Shown: positions 26,893-36,160 of the stretch, piece by piece
Numbering within the stretch: position 1 is the stretch's first letter
Layout of the letters: every line of letters starts with the position of its first letter
Notes under the pieces: model-generated
Told to the model about the DNA's origin: nothing
Database searches by the model: none
Seen by the model: only the letters and a program-made list of their open reading frames with translations
Origin: a virus
DNA: 64,000 nucleotides
Direction: 5' to 3' (one strand)
UHGV virus genome: UHGV-0229283
Position numbers and translations under genes: made by a program

Positions 26893-27678
26893 ATGTCTAC
26901 GTTTAAACTTAATAATGGTCTGGTTGTCAACTCTGAATCCGAGATCGTGCATAGTGTACCTGGTAAAAAATCCACAGCAAAAAAGGGTTATGTATTATAT
27001 AAAGGCCCGTCAGTCCTGGATAAGGCCCCGATCGTGGTCATTGCTACAATGTCAACCGCTAACGATAAAACAGGCGACATGGTTCAAACCTGGATCATGC
27101 GAGAAGATGTTAGCCCACTGGAAGCAAGCGCGAAAAAACTTGATTCCTCCGTTTGCGGTATGTGTCCCCATCGTACCAGCTTAAACGGCGCTTGTTATGT
27201 GACGCTACACCAGGCCCCACTGTCAGTCTGGAAGTCTTACAAAAAAGGCAACTATAAAGACCTTGATTCTCGCGATCTGGTACATTTTGCGGGTCGTCAT
27301 ATTCGTTTAGGTTCCTACGGTGATCCGGCGGCGGTTCCTTTTGAGGTATGGCAAAACATGATCAACCATACGCAAGGTAATACGGGGTACACTCACCAGA
27401 TCAACCATAAGAATTTTGATCATCGTATCGCTACCATTTGCCAGATCTCCGCCGATACGGAAAAACAAGCGATCACAGCATGGCGCAAGGGTTATAAAAC
27501 TTTTCGCGTGAAAACTCCCAACATGCGCCGCCTGGAAGGGGAGATCACTTGCGTTAATACAACTCACAATATTAGCTGCTTAGATTGCGGCTTATGCGAT
27601 GGTAAACGCGCCAACGTCGTGATCGACGTTCACGGCAGATCCGCAAAAAGATTCGATAAATTCGAACGTATCATTTGA
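26893..27678 (+). CDS. hypothetical protein with Cys clusters (CGMCPH, CLDCGLCDG)
   Basis: 261 aa with a CGAGGTAAAAAGCAATG start context. Confidence 0.55.
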   Translation: MSTFKLNNGLVVNSESEIVHSVPGKKSTAKKGYVLYKGPSVLDKAPIVVIATMSTANDKTGDMVQTWIMREDVSPLEASAKKLDSSVCGMCPHRTSLNGACYVTLHQAPLSVWKSYKKGNYKDLDSRDLVHFAGRHIRLGSYGDPAAVPFEVWQNMINHTQGNTGYTHQINHKNFDHRIATICQISADTEKQAITAWRKGYKTFRVKTPNMRRLEGEITCVNTTHNISCLDCGLCDGKRANVVIDVHGRSAKRFDKFERII

Positions 27679-27751
27679 CAACCGCCACACGATAACAGAT
27701 AATACAAATCAGCCGGGGAATTCTCCCCGGCCCTAGCAAGGGTAAAATATC

Positions 27752-28021
27752 ATGGCAATGAATCTCAGGTCTTTAAAGCTTATGCGCGATTTTAACAAGT
27801 GTTTTCACCAGGTCGCCCAGTATGGCGAGTGTATCAGCATATCAAAAGAGGCCTACAACGTGGATCACTTCCATCACGGCCCTGATTGCCTGATCTCAGT
27901 CCTTGTTAAAAAATTTAACTATCTTGGGCATGAATTCACCTTTAAGATCTCAGATCTTGATAATAAATATTATCTAGCTGGCGATATATGCGCCGCTGGC
28001 TGGAAAGATTTAAGAAAATAA
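27752..28021 (+). CDS. hypothetical protein
   Basis: 89 aa. The CCGGGGAATTCTCCCCGG hairpin sits directly upstream of its Shine-Dalgarno. Confidence 0.5.
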   Translation: MAMNLRSLKLMRDFNKCFHQVAQYGECISISKEAYNVDHFHHGPDCLISVLVKKFNYLGHEFTFKISDLDNKYYLAGDICAAGWKDLRK

Positions 28022-28097
28022 TATTTGACACCAGGCCCGGAAAGGGCCTATAATTACCAGGCACCAACAAACTAAACACTAAACGAGGTAAAATATC

Positions 28098-28610
28098 ATG
28101 GGCTGGACTGGCATTTATTCTAATCTTAATAACAAAAAATTTGTTGAAAATTATCTGACTGATAACCGCGTGATCGAAACTTCTGTTGTAGGCAATGAAG
28201 TTTATCAACTTGCAAGGGCGAGGGATGAAAGTCTTTACATTCGTGTAACAATTCTTTCTCGTAAAGATGGTATGGTCTTTTATAAAGATATGGATGAAAC
28301 CTGCGGCCCGTGTTATTATAACTGTCCTGAAAAATTCCTTAAGCGATCCATGCAAAAAGATGAATTTTCCGTTAATTGGCGTGCCGCTTGCCGTAAACAT
28401 GCCAAATACAAAAAAGAGCAGAAAGCATTGATTGACCGGATCAAGATCCTGAAAAACGGCGATCGCGTGGAAATGGTATCCGGTCGTGTGGTTGTCTTTG
28501 AGTTCCCACATAACCGCGCCCGATTTGCTGGACGCCTGGCGGATGTTGCACCAGGTAAACAAAATTCTCTTTTTGCATGGTCTTATAAAGACGTTGCAAA
28601 GATTCTTTAA
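28098..28610 (+). CDS. hypothetical protein
   Basis: 170 aa with a GAGGTAAAATATCATG start context. Confidence 0.55.
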   Translation: MGWTGIYSNLNNKKFVENYLTDNRVIETSVVGNEVYQLARARDESLYIRVTILSRKDGMVFYKDMDETCGPCYYNCPEKFLKRSMQKDEFSVNWRAACRKHAKYKKEQKALIDRIKILKNGDRVEMVSGRVVVFEFPHNRARFAGRLADVAPGKQNSLFAWSYKDVAKIL

Positions 28611-28669
28611 ACCGCTATACTGATTAAAGCCGGGGAATTGTCCCCGGCATAACCTAAAAGGTAAACAAA

Positions 28670-29053
28670 ATGGCCTACATGAATAAAGAGAAGAAAGCTA
28701 AAATTGTTGAAGCGGTTAAAGCTGTATTGCCGAAGGGTTGGAAAGTTACGTTTAAAGTAATTCACTATTCTACGATCCGTTGTACCGTTCGATCCGCGCC
28801 GTTCAATTTGAATGATGTTTTAGATTTAACAGATTGGGAACGGGAAAACGGGCACAAGGATTTAAACACATACCACTATGAAAGATATTGCAAAACTCCT
28901 GAATTCAAAAAGGCTGTTGGCGAAATCATCGAGGCATTAAATACAGATAATTATAACAATAGTGATATAATGACAGATTATTTTGATGTCGGTCACTATA
29001 TCGGCCTACATTTTGGCGGCCATGATAAGCCATTTAAAAACAGCGCCGCGTAA
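28670..29053 (+). CDS. hypothetical protein
   Basis: 127 aa. The CCGGGGAATTGTCCCCGG hairpin is followed by AAAAGGTAAACAAAATG. Confidence 0.55.
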   Translation: MAYMNKEKKAKIVEAVKAVLPKGWKVTFKVIHYSTIRCTVRSAPFNLNDVLDLTDWERENGHKDLNTYHYERYCKTPEFKKAVGEIIEALNTDNYNNSDIMTDYFDVGHYIGLHFGGHDKPFKNSAA

Positions 29054-29159
29054 TATGAAAGAATTGTTGATTCTACTCATATTTTGTTATTATGCAAAAA
29101 TTCACGTCAGGATCTGGCGTGTTATAAAATGGTTTTACTACTGGTACAGGGTTAAAACA

Positions 29160-29417
29160 ATGTTCCACTATATAGAATATCGCTTCCAGGGGGAGGATTA
29201 CCACACCAGGAGATCCGGGCCGTTAAATGATTTGGAGGGTAGCGGCCTGATTTGTGAGATTAAACACCGGGGAGGCGTGGTCCTGGTACATAAAGAGGGA
29301 TCCTTCGACTACATCGAAGAGCTGATCGAATATCGCAAAAAACAGATCGCGGAATGGCGAGCGGAAACATACAACCACAGGGGATCAAGATATGACAGCA
29401 AAAAGCCGCAACTTTGA
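29160..29417 (+). CDS. hypothetical protein
   Basis: ORF 28983..29417 trimmed to MFHYIEYRF, which has a GGGTTAAAACAATG start context. The upstream part looks like a promoter or regulatory module. Confidence 0.4.
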   Translation: MFHYIEYRFQGEDYHTRRSGPLNDLEGSGLICEIKHRGGVVLVHKEGSFDYIEELIEYRKKQIAEWRAETYNHRGSRYDSKKPQL

Positions 29418-29607
29418 GAAGATGACAAGCCAGCGCGATCGCCTTGCTTTTGGTGAGACTAACGAGCGGCGCGAGCGTAACAATAAACGGCATAAGCCGG
29501 AACGGATCGCGGTTCAATGGTCGCCGGACCAGTATGATCCGAAGCTAAATAAACGCATCGCCGATCGTAAGCGTAATTTGCAGCGATACGCCGTAGCAGG
29601 TGAATAA
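29392..29607 (+). CDS. hypothetical basic protein
   Basis: 71 aa, Arg- and Lys-rich. Confidence 0.4.
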   Translation: MTAKSRNFEKMTSQRDRLAFGETNERRERNNKRHKPERIAVQWSPDQYDPKLNKRIADRKRNLQRYAVAGE

Positions 29608-29640
29608 CCAGTCCGGGGAATTATCCCCGGTTTTTTTTAT
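29601..29640 (+). terminator. rho-independent terminator
   Basis: CCGGGGAATTATCCCCGG followed by TTTTTTTT. Confidence 0.6.
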
Positions 29641-29941
29641 GCAAAAAAGTGAATTTAGCGAGATCTCAGCGTAGCAATGCACTTACCAGGGTTACAGATT
29701 GAAGCGCTTAGAATCGATTTGAGGGCGTTTTAGATGGTATCCGATAACCGCGCCCCGCTCAAAACGTCGCAAATTTAGTTACCGGTTGAAACTAATTGCA
29801 TAACAGCGATTTTCTATGCACATCACTGCATATGAGAACAGTTCTCAACAATTCTTAAAAATATTTGTTGCATCCTGGCGGCGTTATGCTATCCTTTAAT
29901 CAGTGGCGGAATTCACCGCCACACTGAAAAAGGTAAACACT

Positions 29942-30118
29942 ATGGAAAAGCAAAACATGTATAAAACGGCCTATAGTTCTGAATTTTGTTGTTATGTTGG
30001 GATTAATCGCGCTTGGAAAGATTCAAATGGTAAATGGATTTTTGAGTGTTCAAATGTGGCAAAGGGCCTAGATAATTTCCTTTTTCGTGAGTCAGAACTA
30101 GAAAAATTTTGTCTTTAA
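29942..30118 (+). CDS. hypothetical small protein (58 aa)
   Basis: ORF 29903..30118 trimmed to MEKQNMYK, after AAAAAGGTAAACACTATG. Confidence 0.45.
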   Translation: MEKQNMYKTAYSSEFCCYVGINRAWKDSNGKWIFECSNVAKGLDNFLFRESELEKFCL

Positions 30119-30121
30119 TTG

Positions 30122-30151
30122 TTGACACTGGTTAATGTGTGGGGTTATACT
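30122..30151 (+). promoter_or_regulatory. repeated early-type promoter (copy 1)
   Basis: TTGACACTGGTTAATGTGTGGGGTTATACT, then CACATTGACAAGTGAAACAAA. Confidence 0.55.
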
Positions 30152-30196
30152 TCCTACACATTGACAAGTGAAACAAATAACCAAAAGGTAAACAAC

Positions 30197-30481
30197 ATGC
30201 AAAACGTAAAATCTGAAATCGCCGCTCTTGAATCAAAATTCCTGGGCAAAATGGTGTATCATAACTATGGTCAAATCGCTTTTGGCGTGGTAACCGGAAT
30301 CGATGATCGCGATCCCAATAAATTACGTTTACGCGTGAAGTTTACCCGCAACAATACTCCGGCGCATATCAAAAAATATGACAACCGCGCGGATCGTGTT
30401 CGTTGCTTACTCCCTCAATCTGTTACCGTGTCCCGTGTTCAATATGGGATCTATAATCAGACAAACCAGATCAACAAATAA
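30197..30481 (+). CDS. hypothetical protein
   Basis: ORF 30119..30481 trimmed to MQNVKSE, after AAAAGGTAAACAACATG. The 5' part of the ORF is the promoter. Confidence 0.55.
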   Translation: MQNVKSEIAALESKFLGKMVYHNYGQIAFGVVTGIDDRDPNKLRLRVKFTRNNTPAHIKKYDNRADRVRCLLPQSVTVSRVQYGIYNQTNQINK

Positions 30482-30519
30482 TCAATAGCGGGGCCTTGCG
30501 CCCCATTAAGGCGGCTACC

Positions 30520-30738
30520 ATGTTTGGATTTATTATATTGGCTTGTCATATTTCTGTTAGTTCGATGGCATTACAATGTGATTGGAATGTTAAAAAAACA
30601 TTCCCCACGGAACAGGCTTGCAACGTGTACGAAAACGAATACACGTTAGGCAAAGGCGAGCAGATCGGGATCTGCGATGAGTTAGACCCCGGCGTTAAAG
30701 AAGGCGATAAGCGCCCTATTCTCACCCTCAAAAAGTAA
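30520..30738 (+). CDS. putative secreted or lipoprotein small protein
   Basis: MFGFIILAC... is a hydrophobic N-terminus with a possible lipobox ILAC. Several Cys residues. Confidence 0.45.
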   Translation: MFGFIILACHISVSSMALQCDWNVKKTFPTEQACNVYENEYTLGKGEQIGICDELDPGVKEGDKRPILTLKK

Positions 30739-30748
30739 GGTAACGATC

Positions 30749-30940
30749 ATGTTTGAAGTATTCGCGGGTATGTGCTTTTATGGTGCGCTGGCTTTAAAAC
30801 AGTGTGATGATTATGTAGTAGAAAGCTATGATGATCAATTGACTTGCGAGATCGTCGCCGTTGACTATCAGCGCCAGGGGCGCTGGATTAATCCGGCCTG
30901 CATACCATCGCCGGAAGTCGAACCGATGCCGGAAAGCTAA
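30749..30940 (+). CDS. hypothetical protein
   Basis: 63 aa with a TAAGGTAACGATCATG start context. Confidence 0.5.
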   Translation: MFEVFAGMCFYGALALKQCDDYVVESYDDQLTCEIVAVDYQRQGRWINPACIPSPEVEPMPES

Positions 30941-31023
30941 AATAATCATTGATCCCCCGGCCCGGTTAGGTTATATTACTTGGACCGGGCAAGATTGGCC
31001 CACTAACAAAAAGGTAAAATAGT

Positions 31024-31347
31024 ATGGAAAAGGCAAACAAATTTTTCTTTCTGGAAAATGTTAATGACAATGTTAATTGTGACTTTAATCGCCAGGGTGA
31101 AAAAACCATGCTAGTATTTTGCCATGAGAATGACAGCGAACAAACGGACCGTTTAACCGTCCTGATCCGTACTGAAAAATCTATTCAATCCCATAGCGGA
31201 AAACTTGAAAACCGCCACTTTATCGCCTACACGCTTGAAAGAAGCGGAGTAACAATAAAACAGGCTGACAGCCTGCCTATAACTACCCCGGATCTGGTCT
31301 GGATGTTTACAACTGCTATTGTTAACGATGTTTTCCGTTCTAACTGA
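31024..31347 (+). CDS. hypothetical protein
   Basis: 107 aa with an AAAAAGGTAAAATAGTATG start context. Confidence 0.55.
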   Translation: MEKANKFFFLENVNDNVNCDFNRQGEKTMLVFCHENDSEQTDRLTVLIRTEKSIQSHSGKLENRHFIAYTLERSGVTIKQADSLPITTPDLVWMFTTAIVNDVFRSN

Positions 31348-31360
31348 TTGAGAAAATTAA

Positions 31361-31395
31361 TCTGAAAAGTCGCTTGCAAACGTGAGCGACTTTTA
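31361..31395 (+). terminator. rho-independent terminator
   Basis: AGTCGCTTGCAAACGTGAGCGACT followed by TTTTATT. Confidence 0.55.
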
Positions 31396-31452
31396 TTATA
31401 TTTAATGCACAGGGCGGCAATGGTGCGACGGCCCAAAATAAAGGTAAACGAA

Positions 31453-31617
31453 ATGAAACTTTCCCAGCAATTTGCTCAAGAATGCCGCGAAGAAGCGAAG
31501 TATTATTTTGATCGCGCCTTGCAAGCGAAAGCAGAAGGCCTGAATTATTCCCGCCGTGTTTGCTTACAGGTCGCTTTATTGAATCGCAAAAACGCCCGTA
31601 AATGGGCCGCCGAATAA
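31453..31617 (+). CDS. hypothetical small protein (54 aa)
   Basis: ORF 31405..31617 trimmed to MKLSQQF, after AAAGGTAAACGAAATG. Confidence 0.45.
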   Translation: MKLSQQFAQECREEAKYYFDRALQAKAEGLNYSRRVCLQVALLNRKNARKWAAE

Positions 31618-31621
31618 TTTG

Positions 31622-31650
31622 TTGACACTGGTTAATGTGTGGGATAAGAT
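31622..31650 (+). promoter_or_regulatory. repeated early-type promoter (copy 2)
   Basis: TTGACACTGGTTAATGTGTGGGATAAGAT, then CACATTGTCAAGTGAAACAAA. Confidence 0.55.
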
Positions 31651-31703
31651 ACCCGCACATTGTCAAGTGAAACAAAAAAACCACACAAAACGAGGTAAAC
31701 AGA

Positions 31704-32474
31704 ATGACCACTAAAATCACCGTTACTTATTACATCGACTCCGGCAAGCTGAATGCAATGTATACATTGCGCCGCCGTAATTTTGGCGGTGGCGTTTTTG
31801 TAGATTCTTACATTTGCAATCTTTCAACCGATCCCCAAAAAGCAGAAAATAAAGCAAAGGAATATTTTGATCGAGTAACCGCGCGGATCGCCAATACAGA
31901 AAACTTTGAGCAAGTTTTTGCAGGCTATGCGGATTTTGAGCTGGGGCAACGTCGCGGTAAATTGTCGATCGTCGATACGGCCCGGATCGAAGAAATCGAA
32001 GCGGGGCGCTTTCCGTTTGGCAAGCATTGCGGTAAAACGTTTGCCGATGTTAAAGAATCATATGTTTTATTTTTTGCTGATATGGCAAACAAGCCAGACA
32101 ACGGCCCGGTAATGGAAGCATTAAGCGCGGCTTGTTTGGGCTATGCTCTTGATCATGGGTACATTGCAGCCCGTGACCAAAAACGCGCCGAGCGTAAGGC
32201 CGAGGATTTAAAAAGCAACTGGATCGGCAACATTGGCGATCGCCTGGTTTTTGAGGGTGAGATCGTTTTTTCTTATCTAAAAATTGATGAGTGGAGTTTA
32301 TCATCTTACTATATTATAAAAATTCGCCAGGGTGACGATCTGGTTACCTACATCGGATCAAAAGAGTTAGGCCCGGTTGGCGCGGTTATTAAGTTTAAAG
32401 CTACCGTCAAAAAACATGATACATATCAAGATGTTAAAACAACCGTTGTAAACCGTCCCGCCATTATGGCATAA
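31704..32474 (+). CDS. hypothetical protein with DUF3820-like FPFGKHCGKTF motif
   Basis: 256 aa with an ACGAGGTAAACAGAATG start context. The (M/F)PFGK(H/Y)xGKT motif resembles DUF3820 and the ExoX C-terminal motif. Confidence 0.5.
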   Translation: MTTKITVTYYIDSGKLNAMYTLRRRNFGGGVFVDSYICNLSTDPQKAENKAKEYFDRVTARIANTENFEQVFAGYADFELGQRRGKLSIVDTARIEEIEAGRFPFGKHCGKTFADVKESYVLFFADMANKPDNGPVMEALSAACLGYALDHGYIAARDQKRAERKAEDLKSNWIGNIGDRLVFEGEIVFSYLKIDEWSLSSYYIIKIRQGDDLVTYIGSKELGPVGAVIKFKATVKKHDTYQDVKTTVVNRPAIMA

Positions 32475-32522
32475 TGTACACCAGGCCCCGGATCGCCGGG
32501 GCAACTTTTAGAGGTAAACAAA

Positions 32523-32813
32523 ATGAAAAATGTTAACGCGCTGTTAGAAAAGGCTGAAAAATTAGTCTGGGCGGAAATAGAAAAGAAAGTAACAAAAATT
32601 CTACTGAGTGAACGCAACGCAGCGCGGGGCTTTATTTGTTGTATGGGCGGTTATTTCTGGATCGACAGCAACGGCGATGCAATAGACGATCGCGCCTGGA
32701 TGAATCCTGTTTTCAATATCTTTGATAAATACGATGATGCTTTCAAGCTTACGGGGATCGGTTGGCGCTGGGATCTGGTTAATGGCGAGGTTGTAAAAAC
32801 AACCGATTGGTAA
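32523..32813 (+). CDS. hypothetical protein
   Basis: 96 aa. The hairpin GGCCCCGGATCGCCGGGGC is followed by AGAGGTAAACAAAATG. Confidence 0.55.
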   Translation: MKNVNALLEKAEKLVWAEIEKKVTKILLSERNAARGFICCMGGYFWIDSNGDAIDDRAWMNPVFNIFDKYDDAFKLTGIGWRWDLVNGEVVKTTDW

Positions 32814-32969
32814 ATGCAAATGATACGTTTTCTCAATATGCGATCTGGTAAAATTTATCGCTGGATTGAAAACCGTGTTTTGGTTGAAACGACAAAAGGC
32901 TGGCGACGTGTAGATCACTTGCGCCCCGCCGATCTGGCTTGCTTTCCTTTCATGGGGATTAAAAAATGA
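32814..32969 (+). CDS. hypothetical small protein (51 aa)
   Basis: Unlisted ORF MQMIRFLNMRSGKIYRW... coupled to its neighbours by TAAATG and ATGA overlaps. Confidence 0.35.
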   Translation: MQMIRFLNMRSGKIYRWIENRVLVETTKGWRRVDHLRPADLACFPFMGIKK

Positions 32970-33433
32970 TTAGTGTACGAATGTTTTATTACGATGAATT
33001 ATCAGAACAGGCAAAAGCCGCCGCCCGCGCTAACGTTGTGATCCCCGAGGTGGAAGCACTGATTCGTAATGTTGGCAACGCTCGCCAGGCCTGGAAGGAA
33101 AACATTCACCGGGCAATTAATGACCCTTATCACGTCCGCCGGATCTACAATGGACAAATGGCGCTTTACAAAATCCGGCACCAGGGCGAGGCTTATTTGA
33201 TACCCTACATCCGGCAAAACTGCACAATTTATCTGGCCGATGGATCATATGTTTACTATGATTGCAACAAAAAACGGATCGCTATTGTTAACAGTGGTTA
33301 TCATGGATTATTACCCGACGATCTCCAGGTGGCGGCGCGTGATGAATATGTAAGAGTAAACGATCGAGGCCCGGCATACTTTAGAAAATTATATTCCGAC
33401 ATTGCAAAGGCGAAGAGATCCGGCCCGGCATGA
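32966..33433 (+). CDS. hypothetical protein
   Basis: 155 aa. Confidence 0.55.
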   Translation: MISVRMFYYDELSEQAKAAARANVVIPEVEALIRNVGNARQAWKENIHRAINDPYHVRRIYNGQMALYKIRHQGEAYLIPYIRQNCTIYLADGSYVYYDCNKKRIAIVNSGYHGLLPDDLQVAARDEYVRVNDRGPAYFRKLYSDIAKAKRSGPA

Positions 33434-33800
33434 TAGGAAAATCTTTACAATTCCAGGGCTTGTTTTCGGTCCTGGTTTTTGTTATTCTGTTTTTGAAGCG
33501 GCAACGATGGACACCGGAGGAAAGTCACCGGAGGTGCCCGCCATTCTGGTAATGAGAATTACTCTCAACAACGCCTAAAATCTTATGCAAAATAGTGAAT
33601 ATGGCGAGATCTCCGATAAAATGGACTAGGGTACAGCCTGGACGAAAAACCGCTTAAAACTCGTTACAGGGCGTTTAAAGGCCATATAAAAACAACTTGA
33701 CACGGGAAAACGGCTAAAAAGTAATTTCACCATGAAATCAATTGCATAGCGATGCATAAAGATGCAAAAAGTGAATAATGTAAAGATACGTAAAGAGCTA

Positions 33801-33829
33801 TTGACAGCGATCCCCGCTTATATTATTAT
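33801..33829 (+). promoter_or_regulatory. sigma70-like promoter
   Basis: TTGACA, a 17-nt spacer, then TATTAT, upstream of the gene at 33879. Confidence 0.4.
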
Positions 33830-33878
33830 TTATCTCGTAGGGCAAACAAACGAAAACAACTTAACGAGGTAAACGAAA

Positions 33879-34238
33879 ATGACTATCATCAATCTGAATT
33901 CTACTGTTAAAGGTAAAGATTTTGGCGGCGTAGTAGATCATGATCCGATGTGGTCGCTTTCAGTTTTCAAAGGCGATTTAATCGACGTCGTTACCCTGGA
34001 TGGCCCGAGCGACGATTACAAATGTGAAATTCATCTCACTAACTGGTACACTAACAAAACTTATGCTCTTGATCGCGTGATTATCGGTAGAATTGAATCA
34101 CTGACAGACGAAGAGACCGGGCAAGATTTTGATTATTATATCAATAGCTCTGATCGCGCTGATCGTCTGCTGCAAAAGATTAAAGAAAAAGGCGTTATTG
34201 ATTTAGCTCTTTGGGTGGACGTTACAGAAAGCAACTAA
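33879..34238 (+). CDS. hypothetical protein
   Basis: 119 aa with an ACGAGGTAAACGAAAATG start context. Confidence 0.55.
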   Translation: MTIINLNSTVKGKDFGGVVDHDPMWSLSVFKGDLIDVVTLDGPSDDYKCEIHLTNWYTNKTYALDRVIIGRIESLTDEETGQDFDYYINSSDRADRLLQKIKEKGVIDLALWVDVTESN

Positions 34239-34242
34239 GTTA

Positions 34243-34275
34243 ACAGATTAAAAGGCGTTTAGATGAGCGCCTTTT
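34243..34275 (+). terminator. rho-independent terminator
   Basis: AAAGGCGTTTAGATGAGCGCCTTTT followed by GAT. Confidence 0.55.
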
Positions 34276-34313
34276 GATAAGTTATCACCAACAATCAAAA
34301 GAGGTAAAAAACA

Positions 34314-34643
34314 ATGACTAAATCAGAATTCTTTAAAATGCTGGATAATCATCTAGAATCACACAACTACACTTTCGATCATTTTGGAAATCGAATCAAG
34401 CGAGAGGATCGCCAGTATACAGCAAACGAGATCGAGGCCTTCACACATAGCGAACCAGAAGAGAAGATCGTGAAACTTAAAGCGGCGGATTCAAATTATC
34501 CTTGGATTTTTCATTCTTCCGGTTGGTGCCTTGCGGATTGTTGGTATATCACCGCTATCTCACATAGAACAAAAGCGGCGGCAGAAAAGCAACATAAGAT
34601 TTTTACCCGCTGGATCGCTGAGTATAAAGAGCTTAACAAATAA
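34314..34643 (+). CDS. hypothetical protein
   Basis: 109 aa with an AGAGGTAAAAAACAATG start context. Confidence 0.55.
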   Translation: MTKSEFFKMLDNHLESHNYTFDHFGNRIKREDRQYTANEIEAFTHSEPEEKIVKLKAADSNYPWIFHSSGWCLADCWYITAISHRTKAAAEKQHKIFTRWIAEYKELNK

Positions 34644-34691
34644 TCAAACCGGGGCGCTAGCCGCCCCGCTATCCTTTGAGGTAAAGCAATT

Positions 34692-34922
34692 ATGATTAAT
34701 ATTAGTGTTGACAAGTTAGCCGAAATCATCCAGAAGGCAGGAGATGAGAAATACGGCGTAAATGATTTTTATTTCATCGGGCAGTATGAGGACGGTCGCT
34801 ATTATGGCGTGTTGTCTAACAAGGTGAAAAGCCGTAGCAGCGCCGCACAATTGCGCCGCCCGGAGTTTTTAGAACAAAAGGGCCTTAAAGTAATAAAAGT
34901 AATGAAACGCAAAAAAGGTTGA
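34692..34922 (+). CDS. hypothetical protein
   Basis: 76 aa. A CGGGGCGCTAGCGCCCCG hairpin lies upstream. Confidence 0.5.
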   Translation: MINISVDKLAEIIQKAGDEKYGVNDFYFIGQYEDGRYYGVLSNKVKSRSSAAQLRRPEFLEQKGLKVIKVMKRKKG

Positions 34923-35134
34923 TGATTATGAAAACTGTAAAAGCAAAAGATTTAAAAGGCGGAATGATCATCGAATTACCGGACATTGCACCAGGCTTTA
35001 AACCTGGTTTAGTGACTATCACACAAATAGAAATCGAAGCGCCCCACATTGTGGAAGTATCTTTCTATTACAAAAAGCGCTATATGGCCGACCTTTATCA
35101 CCCTGAGGCGGAATTTAAACTAATCAGTGAATGA
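34919..35134 (+). CDS. hypothetical protein
   Basis: 71 aa with an ATGA overlap. The start could instead be MKTVKAK, 9 nt downstream. Confidence 0.5.
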   Translation: MMIMKTVKAKDLKGGMIIELPDIAPGFKPGLVTITQIEIEAPHIVEVSFYYKKRYMADLYHPEAEFKLISE

Positions 35135-35237
35135 GGCTGTAAAGAAAAGGCAAACCGCTTGCCTGGCCAGATGTTTTCGACTATTATTTATTTCAGGGCG
35201 GGAAGATAACCAACCCGCAAAACCGAAGGTAAATAAA

Positions 35238-35408
35238 ATGTCAAATATCCGCTACAATATCAAAAGCACTTCAAAAACCGGTTATGTGTCTTATGTTCGC
35301 CAGGGGTCTACAATGGCTTGGACCTTTGAAGAATGTATGAAAATTGTTACTACGCTTTCAGGTGATGATCGCTATATGGGCGTTTTATTTGAGATTGAAT
35401 TAGCTTAA
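35238..35408 (+). CDS. hypothetical small protein (56 aa)
   Basis: ORF 35127..35408 trimmed to MSNIRYNIK, after CGAAGGTAAATAAAATG. Confidence 0.45.
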   Translation: MSNIRYNIKSTSKTGYVSYVRQGSTMAWTFEECMKIVTTLSGDDRYMGVLFEIELA

Positions 35409-35440
35409 ACATCGGGGCGCTATTGCAGCGCCCTTTTTCG
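35409..35440 (+). terminator. rho-independent terminator
   Basis: GGGGCGCTATTGCAGCGCCC followed by TTTTT. Confidence 0.6.
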
Positions 35441-35482
35441 TGTGTTATTCTTTTACCTCCCTCATTAAACGAGTAACACCAA

Positions 35483-35746
35483 ATGACAAACATGATTTAC
35501 ACTGTAAGCAAAACAAGCCTTTTACGCGCTACCCTGCTGGCTTGCCTTATTGCTTTAGTGTCTAATACGTGTTTTAACTGGCTGGCTTGCCTGGTAACGA
35601 CGGAAACAATGGCGCAAGGGTTTAACACCATGATCGACGTTTTACAATTGACGTTTTACACTCTGATTAAACTTAATCGCTTTAATCGTTTAGACCGTTA
35701 TGATCTCCCTTTCTTGATCGCTGGCCTGCTGGCTATCGCGCTGTAA
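35483..35746 (+). CDS. small membrane protein
   Basis: 87 aa with two or three hydrophobic helices. It is the last gene of the block. Confidence 0.5.
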   Translation: MTNMIYTVSKTSLLRATLLACLIALVSNTCFNWLACLVTTETMAQGFNTMIDVLQLTFYTLIKLNRFNRLDRYDLPFLIAGLLAIAL

Positions 35747-35764
35747 GGCTCCACTACTCCCCAA

Positions 35765-35800
35765 AAATAATGCCGGGCAACTCCCGGCTTTTGTGTTTTT
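35765..35800 (+). terminator. rho-independent terminator
   Basis: GCCGGGCAACTCCCGGC followed by TTTTGTGTTTTT. Confidence 0.55.
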
Positions 35801-36160
35801 ATATGTTAGGTTTTATCAATCAATAATCAAAAAGTGATAGGTGACTAAAACCTGCATAATCGAGATCTCCAGGCGGTAACCCACTAGCCAGGGTAAGAGA
35901 TAAAGCCTCTCAGAATGGCGCATATTGCGCTTAAAAGGGTATGGCCCTACCTAACAACCCCAACAATTAATAACGCATGTTATTAACTGAATAAAACATG
36001 CATTTTTAAGCATTATGTATGCATAGTGTGAGAATCACTCTCAAATGATAACTTTTATCATCTAACCTATTGTGTGAACTGGTTTTATTGAGCATAAAAA
36101 TAAAATCTTGTCAAATAAAAATCGTTCGCGTAATCGTGGGGAGTGGCGCGAGCGTAGCGA

